Source: Candidatus Nanopelagicales bacterium (GTDB lineage: Bacteria; Actinomycetota; Actinomycetes; S36-B12). From it: 64,000 nucleotides of DNA. A program made the translations under genes and the position numbers. The notes beneath the pieces are model-generated. The model did not search any database and was not told the origin of the DNA. It was given only the letters and a program-made list of their open reading frames with translations. Positions 56,608-64,000 of the stretch are shown here, piece by piece (the stretch's first letter is position 1; every line of letters begins with the position of its first letter). The stretch lies in contig JANRCR010000040.1 of assembly GCA_030726915.1 (NCBI GenBank), forward strand, positions 49,897 to 113,896, written 5' to 3'.

Positions 56608-57306
56608 CTAATGTCCCATGCCCAAACCACCATCCACCGGGATAACCGCCCCGGTGATGTAACCCGCCCCCGGGCCGGCCAAGAAGGTCACAACGCCCGC
56701 AACCTCGTCGACGTGGGCGTAGCGACCGGCAGGAATCTGCTGGCGGATGGCATCTCGCTGGGTCTCATCGAGAACGGCGGTCATACCCGTCTCAACGAAG
56801 CCGGGTGCCACGACATTGACGGTGATTCCTCGACTGCCGAACTCACGCGCCATGGAACGCGCCGCACCAACAAGTCCGGCCTTCGACGCGGCGTAGTTGA
56901 CCTGCCCGGCCGATCCGAGCGCCCACACCACGCTAGAGACAAAAACGATGCGCCCCTGCCGTGCACGCATCATGCCGCGTGCCACCCGACGTGAGCAACG
57001 CAATGCGCCCACCAGGTTTGCCTGGAGCACCGCATCGATGTCGTCGTCCGTCATACGGACGAGAAGCCCATCGCGCGTAATGCCCGCGTTGGCGACAAGA
57101 ATGGACACGGGTCCGTGCGTTGCCTCGATGGAATCCACGGCCGCGTCGACGGATTCCGTGCTCGTCACGTCCATGCGGACACTCGACAACCCGTCCGGGG
57201 CATCACCTGACCGGGTGCCCACGACCACCTCATGGCCGGCATCGCGCATGGCGCGAGCAATCGCGAGCCCGATCCCGCGGTTCGCACCCGTTACCAGGGC
57301 AACCAT
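56608..57306 (-). CDS. fabG: 3-oxoacyl-[acyl-carrier-protein] reductase
   Basis: ORF 56608..57336 has a TTG start. The ATG at 57306 has a better RBS (GGGGAGA). SDR motifs TGANRGIG and YAASKAG. Confidence 0.9.
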   Translation of the reverse strand: MVALVTGANRGIGLAIARAMRDAGHEVVVGTRSGDAPDGLSSVRMDVTSTESVDAAVDSIEATHGPVSILVANAGITRDGLLVRMTDDDIDAVLQANLVGALRCSRRVARGMMRARQGRIVFVSSVVWALGSAGQVNYAASKAGLVGAARSMAREFGSRGITVNVVAPGFVETGMTAVLDETQRDAIRQQIPAGRYAHVDEVAGVVTFLAGPGAGYITGAVIPVDGGLGMGH

Positions 57307-57432
57307 GCTGTCTCCCCATCCATCGTGAACCGACAATCTCCTCCACTGCCGTCACGTTCCACACAGCAGCACCACGACGCTAGTGGGTGTCGTCCCCGTG
57401 CACACGAGGGACTCGCCGTGGGAGCATGAGCC

Positions 57433-58143
57433 ATGGCACAGTGGGAGTTGAGATCGGGCACCGGTGTCGATCGTCTCCTCTTCTTCTCCGACGCGGTCGT
57501 GGCCGTGGCCATCACGGTGCTGGCACTGCCCCTCATCAACATCGCGGGTCCAAAGCCGGGGCAAAACGTGCTTGTCGTTCTCGAGGCTAACTCAGGCGCG
57601 GTAATGACGTTCGTATCGACGTTCTTCGTCGTCGCCATCATGTGGAGCATCCACAACCGGGTGATGAACGCGCTCGTGGCCTACGACGGCGCCCTCTTCT
57701 GGCTCAATATGTGCTGGCTGATTGGATTTGTTTTTCTCCCCTGGCCCGCCGCGATGTTTGCCGGTGGAGACGATTGGGGATCGGACAATGCCGTGTCGTT
57801 CAGCAGCGATGGCACCGGGGTTCTCTACTGGTGGACCCTGGCGTACATCAGTGGGATGGGAACGCTGGCGATGGCCTACATCAGTCGACATCCGCACCTC
57901 CTGTCCCCCAGCAGCCGCGCATACTGGGAAGCGCTCAAGGGGACCAGGACTCGCTTCCGAGGACTTGCCTTTTTTGTGGTCTTCATCGTGGCCGGGCTCG
58001 CAACGCTGGTGTTCTCCTACTGGGGATTTTATGCCCTCGTCCTGGTTATACCCCTTAATCTCGCCCTCCAGCCCACCCGACGCGAGCGTGACCGACTTGC
58101 CGCATTGGAGGCTGGCGGGACGGACAGACCTGACGGGCACTAA
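57433..58143 (+). CDS. TMEM175 family (DUF1211) potassium channel-like membrane protein
   Basis: 236 aa with six predicted TM helices and the signature RLLFFSDAVVAVAITVL. Confidence 0.85.
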   Translation: MAQWELRSGTGVDRLLFFSDAVVAVAITVLALPLINIAGPKPGQNVLVVLEANSGAVMTFVSTFFVVAIMWSIHNRVMNALVAYDGALFWLNMCWLIGFVFLPWPAAMFAGGDDWGSDNAVSFSSDGTGVLYWWTLAYISGMGTLAMAYISRHPHLLSPSSRAYWEALKGTRTRFRGLAFFVVFIVAGLATLVFSYWGFYALVLVIPLNLALQPTRRERDRLAALEAGGTDRPDGH

Positions 58144-58186
58144 ACGGGTGTCTCACGGTGCGAGATTCGGCTTTCGGCCGTAGCGT

Positions 58187-58507
58187 GTGGCTATGTCGAC
58201 CCCCCGCCCACCCGAGATTCACTCCATCACGGGTGCCGCTGTCTCCCTCTCCCGCGAGCAGACTGGTCGAACCCGCCGCTACCTGATCTCCATGACCATC
58301 AGGACTGCCTGTGTGCTGCTCGCCATCGTTGTGCCGGGGTGGCCCAAGTGGGTCTTCCTCGCCGGGGCTGTTGTGCTGCCCTATCTGGCCGTCGTCGTAG
58401 CCAACTCCGGTCAGGGGCGCCGCTTCGCTCCCCCGGCTCCCATGCCGCTCACGGCCCGATCACTCGCGCTGCCGGCGGGGCCCACGGCGGCCGAGCCGAG
58501 CCCCTGA
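58187..58507 (+). CDS. DUF3099 domain-containing membrane protein
   Basis: 106 aa (GTG at 58187 or ATG at 58193). It has two TM helices: RRYLISMTIRTACVLLAIVVPGWPKWVFLAGAVVLPYLAVVVANSG. Confidence 0.8.
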   Translation: MAMSTPRPPEIHSITGAAVSLSREQTGRTRRYLISMTIRTACVLLAIVVPGWPKWVFLAGAVVLPYLAVVVANSGQGRRFAPPAPMPLTARSLALPAGPTAAEPSP

Positions 58508-58521
58508 CCTAGCGTGGTGGT

Positions 58522-59265
58522 GTGAGATCCCTGCTGCGCACCAGGCGATGGATCGCATTCACGCTGCTGGTCATTGTGGCGATTGCGGGCTTCGGTTTGC
58601 TCAGTCGCTGGCAGTGGGAGCGAGCTGAAGAAGAGCGCCAGGAGCGTGTGAGCCAGGATCAGGAGTCGGCTCGAGATCTACGTGATCTCGACGTTGCCCT
58701 TGCTGCTCCGAGCGAATGGGCACCCGTCCGATTGACCGGCGTCTTTGACGCTGATTCGACCACGCTCATTCGTCAGCGACCCCTCGATGGGCGCAATGGA
58801 TTCTGGGTGGCATCAGCACTAACCTCAACGAGTGGGCGGATCTGGGTGGTCCGTGGGTGGATCCCTTCCACGGGGACGGCAGCAGGTGTCGTCGAGGCTC
58901 CCGCGCCACCGACGGGGTCCATCACCATCGATGGGCGCTTGAGATGGGCTGAGACGCTCAGCGCGCCAGCACCCGCGGACCTGCCCCCCGGACAGGCCTC
59001 CCGACTCGACCCCGTGGCCCTCGGCGCTGACGTGACGGCCGTCTATGTCGAGGTCGAACGTATGTCCCCCTCCGACTCAGGCCTCACTCCCCTGCCAGCG
59101 CCGGTGTTTGATGAAACTCAGAACATCAGCTATGCCGTGCAGTGGATGATTTTTGCCGTCATCGCCCTCGTGGGCTGGTGGTTCTTCCTTCGACGTGAGG
59201 CACGCGAAGATGCGCGCCACGGATCCACCGCGAATTCTTCTCAGTCCTCAAACTGGGTCGCATAA
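58522..59265 (+). CDS. SURF1 family protein
   Basis: 247 aa, GTG start. The N-terminal TM is followed by RWQWERAEE, and there is a C-terminal TM, matching SURF1/Shy1-like topology. Confidence 0.83.
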   Translation: MRSLLRTRRWIAFTLLVIVAIAGFGLLSRWQWERAEEERQERVSQDQESARDLRDLDVALAAPSEWAPVRLTGVFDADSTTLIRQRPLDGRNGFWVASALTSTSGRIWVVRGWIPSTGTAAGVVEAPAPPTGSITIDGRLRWAETLSAPAPADLPPGQASRLDPVALGADVTAVYVEVERMSPSDSGLTPLPAPVFDETQNISYAVQWMIFAVIALVGWWFFLRREAREDARHGSTANSSQSSNWVA

Positions 59266-61100
59266 AGCGTCGCGTAGAGGCCGCTCTTGGCGAGCAACTC
59301 ATCGTGAGTCCCTCGCTCCACCACGCGTCCCTCCTCAATCACGAGGATGACATCCGCCTGGCGCACTGTCGAAAGGCGGTGGGCGATGACGAGGGACGTT
59401 CTGCCGCGCAATGCCTCTGCTAACGCCTGCTGAACGGCTGATTCACTCTCCGAATCCAAGTGTGCGGTGGCCTCATCCAGGATCACCACGCGCGGCGCCT
59501 TCAAAAGCAGTCGTGCAATAGCGATCCTCTGCTTCTCGCCCCCGGACAGTCGGTAACCGCGATCCCCCACCACGGTGTCGAGGCCATCGGGCAGGCTGTC
59601 AATCAGGTCGAGGATGTGGGCACCACGAAGCGCATCTCGGATGTCTTCGTCACTGGCATCGGGTCGGGCGTACCGGAGGTTGTTGCCGATAGTGTCATGG
59701 AAGAGGTGGGCATCCTGTGTGACGACTCCGACAGCGTCGCGTAGGGAAGACATTTCAAGATCACGCACGTCATGCCCGCCCACGCGAACGCTGCCCGACG
59801 TCACGTCATACAGCCGCGGCACGAGTGACGTGATCGTTGTCTTGCCCGCACCAGACGGGCCGACGAGGGCCACCAACTGACCGGGCAGCACATCGAAAGA
59901 AACATCGTGAAGGACCGGCTCCTCTGCCCGCGAACTCCCCTCCCGAGCAACGGACTCCAAGGAGGCCAGGGACACCTCCGCTGCCGAGGGGTAGCGGAAG
60001 CCCACACGGTCAAAGCTCACCCCGAGGGGACCGGTCTCGACGGGCTTGGCATGGGGGGCATCCCGCACCAGCGGTGGCAGGTCCAAAATTTCAAAGACGC
60101 GCTCAAAACTCACCAGGGCGGTCATGACATCCACGCGGACATTGGACAGGGCTGTAAGCGGCCCGTAGAGCTGGGCCAAGAGCGCCACCAGGGCCAGCAG
60201 GGTGCCCAGCGTGATGCTGCCACCAATGACGAGATTGCCACCCACCCCGTACGTGATGGCAGTCGCAATGGAACCAACGAGCAGCAGTGCTGTGAAGAAC
60301 CATCGATTCGCCATCGCAATGGAAATGCCTGAGTCCCTGACCTGGGCTGCCCGCTGGGAAAAGTCCTCATGCTCGCGCGCAGGCTTGCCAAAGAGCGAAA
60401 CGAGCAGTGCGCCCGAAACGTTGAATCTCTCCGTCATCTGCGTGCTCATCTGCGCATTGACCTGCATCTGCTCCTTGGTCAAGGCCTGCAGGCGTCGCCC
60501 CATCCACCGAGCAGGGAGCAGAAAGAGCGGGACGAGAATGAGCGACAGGATGGTGACCTGCCAGGACAGCAGGAACATCGTGATCAAGACGATGGTGACC
60601 GTGATGAGATTCCCGACAACCCCACCCAGGGTGGAGGTGAATGCCTGTTGGGCGCCGATGACATCACTGTTGAGCCTGGAGACGAGCGCTCCCGTCTGAG
60701 CCCGAGTGAAGAAGGCAACCGACTGCCGCTGCACATGGTCGTAGACCTGGGTGCGGAGGTCGTAGATGAGTCCCTCACCAATCTTGGATGAGTACCACCG
60801 GCCGATCAAACCAATCGCGGCGTCAAGCAGTGCGAGGACGGCGACGACGATAGCCAGCACCGTCACGAGGGTTCCGTTGCCCTGGGAAATTCCGTTATCA
60901 ATGATCTGCCGGAACACCAGGGGCTGGGCCACGGTGAGAAGCGATGCAATGACGAGAGTGATGAGGAAGGCGATGACCTGCCGTCGATAGGGCCGCGCGT
61001 ACGTGAAAATGCGCCGGACGACGGCCCAGCCGACCGTCTTCGCCTGTGCAGGATCGCGGGTCATCGACTGGTAGATGGCCCAGGGGTTCACGCCCGACAT
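59241..61100 (-). CDS. ABC exporter, fused permease/ATP-binding protein
   Basis: 619 aa. A six-TM domain is followed by an NBD with GPSGAGKTT, LSGGEKQR and VVILDEATA. It overlaps the convergent SURF1 gene by 25 nt. Confidence 0.9.
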   Translation of the reverse strand: MSGVNPWAIYQSMTRDPAQAKTVGWAVVRRIFTYARPYRRQVIAFLITLVIASLLTVAQPLVFRQIIDNGISQGNGTLVTVLAIVVAVLALLDAAIGLIGRWYSSKIGEGLIYDLRTQVYDHVQRQSVAFFTRAQTGALVSRLNSDVIGAQQAFTSTLGGVVGNLITVTIVLITMFLLSWQVTILSLILVPLFLLPARWMGRRLQALTKEQMQVNAQMSTQMTERFNVSGALLVSLFGKPAREHEDFSQRAAQVRDSGISIAMANRWFFTALLLVGSIATAITYGVGGNLVIGGSITLGTLLALVALLAQLYGPLTALSNVRVDVMTALVSFERVFEILDLPPLVRDAPHAKPVETGPLGVSFDRVGFRYPSAAEVSLASLESVAREGSSRAEEPVLHDVSFDVLPGQLVALVGPSGAGKTTITSLVPRLYDVTSGSVRVGGHDVRDLEMSSLRDAVGVVTQDAHLFHDTIGNNLRYARPDASDEDIRDALRGAHILDLIDSLPDGLDTVVGDRGYRLSGGEKQRIAIARLLLKAPRVVILDEATAHLDSESESAVQQALAEALRGRTSLVIAHRLSTVRQADVILVIEEGRVVERGTHDELLAKSGLYATLYATQFED

Positions 61101-61102
61101 GC

Positions 61103-61900
61103 TCAGCCGCCTGACATGAGCGCGCGAAGTCGTTGGACCTGAGCATGACGTTCCGCTTCAGCCTGCTCCACGCGGGTGCGATCCAGGCTATCCGCGAGGA
61201 GCGATGTGAGAGCCTCCACGGCTCCCGGCGGTGTGGCGCAGATGGACAGGGCCATTTCGGCTACCGCCTCATCCAGGTCTTCGACAACGCGCGTGACAAA
61301 TCCCATGACATAGCCTTCGTCGGCCGAAACAACGCGCCCGGTTGCACACAACTCCATTGCGCGGGAATAGCCCACGGCTGTCACGAGGGGATGCGTGCCC
61401 GCAAGATCCGGGACCAGACCGTACGAGGTTTCGCGCATGGCGAAGGTGGCTTCCGCAGTGGCCAGGAGGACATCACATGCCAGTGCCAATTGGAAGCCCG
61501 CTCCCATCGCGGGACCGTGTACGGCAGCCACGGTGATCGCCGGCACTCTGCGCTGCCACAGGAAGGCCTCCTGGAAGCCCGCTATGGCCGAGGCGAGATC
61601 CACGTCAGACAGCCGTGTCAACTGGGCGAGAGACATCTCACCGGGCACGCCCTCCGCCGTGAACATCCGCCTATCGAGACCGGCCGAGAAGGCGGTACCT
61701 GCGCCACGGATCACAACAACGCGCGCAATCTCCGGGGAATCCTCCAGAAGGGCACCGATAGCCGCTAGAGCCGTCCAGGTCGCTGGAGTCTGCGGGTTGC
61801 GCGCCTCAGGGCGATCCAGGGTGATCTCCACGACATCACCGCTGATGCTGGCGCGGACGTTCCCGCGCTTGAGGACCTCATCAGGCAGGGCAAAAACCAT
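61103..61900 (-). CDS. Enoyl-CoA hydratase/isomerase family protein
   Basis: 265 aa with a crotonase fold, e.g. VVVIRGAGTAFSAGLD and AAVHGPAMGAGFQLALACD. Confidence 0.87.
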   Translation of the reverse strand: MVFALPDEVLKRGNVRASISGDVVEITLDRPEARNPQTPATWTALAAIGALLEDSPEIARVVVIRGAGTAFSAGLDRRMFTAEGVPGEMSLAQLTRLSDVDLASAIAGFQEAFLWQRRVPAITVAAVHGPAMGAGFQLALACDVLLATAEATFAMRETSYGLVPDLAGTHPLVTAVGYSRAMELCATGRVVSADEGYVMGFVTRVVEDLDEAVAEMALSICATPPGAVEALTSLLADSLDRTRVEQAEAERHAQVQRLRALMSGG

Positions 61901-61963
61901 CAGTACCTCCAGAGCCGTGTCGATAGCGCGGTTGAACGATCACCCGGGTCCCCGATGTGCATC

Positions 61964-63562
61964 TCACGCCAGTTCAACCAACTCGGCGTAATCGTCATTC
62001 CACAGGTCCTCATCACCCTCGGGCAGGATCACAACGCGCTCGGGATCAAGGGCCCGCACAGCACCCTCATCATGGGTCACGAGCACCACAGCCCCGCGAT
62101 AGCCGCGCAATGCACCCAAGATCTCCTCTCGGCTAGCCGGGTCAAGGTTGTTGGTCGGTTCATCGAGGAGGAGAACATTGGCACTCGACACCACGAGCGT
62201 GGCAAGGGCCAACCGGGTCTTCTCACCACCGGACAGGACAGAAACAAGCTTGTCTGCATCATCACCACTAAAGAGGAATGTGCCCAGAATGCCGCGGCGC
62301 TCACTGTCTCCAAGGTCGGGAGCGGCACTGACGAACGTCTGCAGGACCGTCTTTGTCGGGTCGAGGGTTTCATGCTCCTGCGCGTAGTAGCCAATCCTCG
62401 CGCCATGGCCCAGGAGAATCTCCCCGGTGTCCGGTGGGTCGATCCCGGCAAGCATGCGCAACAGCGTTGTTTTGCCAGCTCCGTTGAGTCCCAGTACGAC
62501 GACCCTGGATCCACGATCAACGGCAAGATCAACATCCGTGAAAATCTCCTGCGACCCGTAGGAGCGCGACAGCCCTCGCGCCATCAGGGGCGTCTTGCCG
62601 CAGGGGGCAGGCTCGGGGAGCCGGATCTTGGCAACACGATCGGACATGCGGCTTTCCTCGAGGTTACTCACCAGGCGATCGGCGCGCTTCAGCATCGACT
62701 GCGCTGCCTTGGCCTTGGTGGCCTTGGCGCGCATCTTCTCGGCCTGTTCTCGCAGTGAGGAGGCCTGGCGCTCGGCATTGGCCCGCTCGCGGCGACGGCG
62801 TCGCTCATCCGTCTCTCGCTGCAGGAGATAAGCACTCCAGCCCAGCGCGTACGTGTCCATGACAGCCCGTGTGGCATCGAGGTGGAGGACCGTATTGACA
62901 GTCGCGTCCAGCAATCCGGTGTCATGGCTGATGATGACAAAGCCACCGGCGTACGTCGCCAGAAAGCGACGCAGCCACATGATGGAGTCCGCGTCGAGGT
63001 GGTTGGTGGGTTCGTCAAGAAGGAGCACGTCGTAGCCACCAAAAAGGATCCGCGCCAATTCGATTCGCCTGCGTTGGCCCCCGGAGAGAGTTCCGAGGGG
63101 TTGCCCAAGGACACGATCTGGCAGGCCGAGGCTGGCCGCGATCCGCGCTGCCTCGGAGTCCGCAGAGTAGCCACCTCTCGCCTCAAAATCGGCAGTGGCA
63201 GCGTCGTAGGAGCGCATCGCACGCTCTTGTTCCTCGCCAACGGCAGCACCCATCCGCTCCGCCGAGGCGCGCATCCGGCGGGCAGCGTCATCGAGTCCAC
63301 GAGCACCAACAATGCGATCTCGCGCCCACACCTCGAGGTCCCCCGTGCGTGGATCCTGCGGGAGATAGCCCACGGTCCCCGCCCGATGCACCAGACCGGA
63401 TGCAGGTTCACTCTCTCCGGCGAGAATCTTCGTCAGGGTTGTCTTCCCCGCCCCGTTGCGGCCGACGAGACCAATACGATCGCCGGGGCCCACGCGGAAT
63501 GTGGCGTTCTCGAGGAGAAGCCGGGCACCAGCTCGCACTTCAAGCCCCTGAGCGGTGATCAC
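61964..63562 (-). CDS. ABC-F family ATPase (two NBDs, no TM domain)
   Basis: 532 aa. Walker A motifs GRNGAGKTT and GLNGAGKTT, two LSGG signatures and a charged inter-domain linker. Confidence 0.92.
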   Translation of the reverse strand: MITAQGLEVRAGARLLLENATFRVGPGDRIGLVGRNGAGKTTLTKILAGESEPASGLVHRAGTVGYLPQDPRTGDLEVWARDRIVGARGLDDAARRMRASAERMGAAVGEEQERAMRSYDAATADFEARGGYSADSEAARIAASLGLPDRVLGQPLGTLSGGQRRRIELARILFGGYDVLLLDEPTNHLDADSIMWLRRFLATYAGGFVIISHDTGLLDATVNTVLHLDATRAVMDTYALGWSAYLLQRETDERRRRRERANAERQASSLREQAEKMRAKATKAKAAQSMLKRADRLVSNLEESRMSDRVAKIRLPEPAPCGKTPLMARGLSRSYGSQEIFTDVDLAVDRGSRVVVLGLNGAGKTTLLRMLAGIDPPDTGEILLGHGARIGYYAQEHETLDPTKTVLQTFVSAAPDLGDSERRGILGTFLFSGDDADKLVSVLSGGEKTRLALATLVVSSANVLLLDEPTNNLDPASREEILGALRGYRGAVVLVTHDEGAVRALDPERVVILPEGDEDLWNDDYAELVELA

Positions 63563-63580
63563 AGTGAGGTGAGCGTACCC

Positions 63581-63898
63581 CTAGAGGTTGAAGCCGAGCG
63601 CCCGGAGCATGTCGCGGCCGTCGTCGGTGATCTTGTCGGGTCCCCAGGGTGGCAGCCAGACCCAATTAATTGTGAACTCCGTCACGAGCCCGTCCAGGGC
63701 GGCACGCGTCTGGTCCTCGATCACATCGGTGAGTGGGCATGCCGCTGATGTCAGTGTCATGTCCACGGTGGCGGTATTGCCCTCCTCGACGTGCACGTCG
63801 TACACGAGCCCTAGGTCCACGATGTTGATACCCAACTCGGGGTCCACAACGTCTTTAAGGGCCTCCCAGACATCATCGGCCACAGCGTTTTCGCTCAT
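63581..63898 (-). CDS. DUF59/SufT-like metal-sulfur cluster assembly factor
   Basis: 105 aa, ...VVDPELGINIVDLGLVYDV...LTSAACPL... Its ATG overlaps the stop of the upstream sufU (ATGA). Confidence 0.87.
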   Translation of the reverse strand: MSENAVADDVWEALKDVVDPELGINIVDLGLVYDVHVEEGNTATVDMTLTSAACPLTDVIEDQTRAALDGLVTEFTINWVWLPPWGPDKITDDGRDMLRALGFNL

Positions 63899-64000
63899 TG
63901 GTCATCCTTATCGGTTGATGAAGCATCTGATGCCCTCAGGACTGCATCCTTCCAAGCCAACCAGGGAAGAAGGGCGCACTTGATGCGCGCGGGGTACTTG
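63895..64000 (-). CDS. sufU: SUF system Fe-S scaffold SufU/NifU-like (C-terminal end only; gene runs off the right edge)
   Basis: My translation of the minus strand is ...KYPARIKCALLPWLAWKDAVLRASDASSTDKDDQ*, with the stop at 63895-63897. The conserved ...R(I/V)KCA.L.W... motif is present. Confidence 0.75.
   Translation of the reverse strand, partial: KYPARIKCALLPWLAWKDAVLRASDASSTDKDDQ

Overview
This is a high-GC chromosomal core region of an Actinomycetota genome. It holds about 70 tightly packed protein genes, one tRNA-Leu(GAG) and one tandem glycine riboswitch. I found no rRNA, CRISPR array, transposase, integrase or phage genes. The centre is a complete, canonical Pup-proteasome locus: arc/mpa, dop, pup, prcB, prcA, pafA, two FKBP isomerases, pafB, pafC, tatA, tatC, a lipid kinase and helY. 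A PAC2-HAD-trmI block lies just upstream of it. The flanks carry blocks whose order matches what I recall from Mycobacterium tuberculosis. These are uppP / phosphomutase / DUF3090 / SCO1664 / mshC; lnt-ppm1 / fxsA / rbpA; gcvP / MerR / nuclease / MerR / garA / gcvH / pgsA; fabG-fabI; and the tail of a SUF operon. Many long ORFs in the supplied track are artefactual 5' extensions or antisense frames, as is typical of high-GC DNA. I trimmed starts using homolog N-termini, Shine-Dalgarno-like purine runs and start/stop overlaps, so start coordinates are less certain than stops. I do not see convincing evidence of a wholly new multi-gene system such as a defence island. The best leads are four. 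(i) An exported PHM/DBH-like copper monooxygenase lipoprotein keeps all Cu ligands. It sits inside a translationally coupled gene string with an orphan ModF/YlmA-like ABC ATPase, an FeS-BCP photolyase, a TrmH methyltransferase, an unknown membrane protein and pgsA. (ii) A tandem pair of unknown secreted proteins shares a conserved palindromic upstream box and nearly identical 3' ends. (iii) A conserved but uncharacterised phosphomutase / DUF3090 / kinase-like triad lies next to mshC. (iv) A 15-bp tandem repeat begins at the arc stop codon, and arc and dop are in the same reading frame. All family assignments come from reading motifs by eye. No database search was run.
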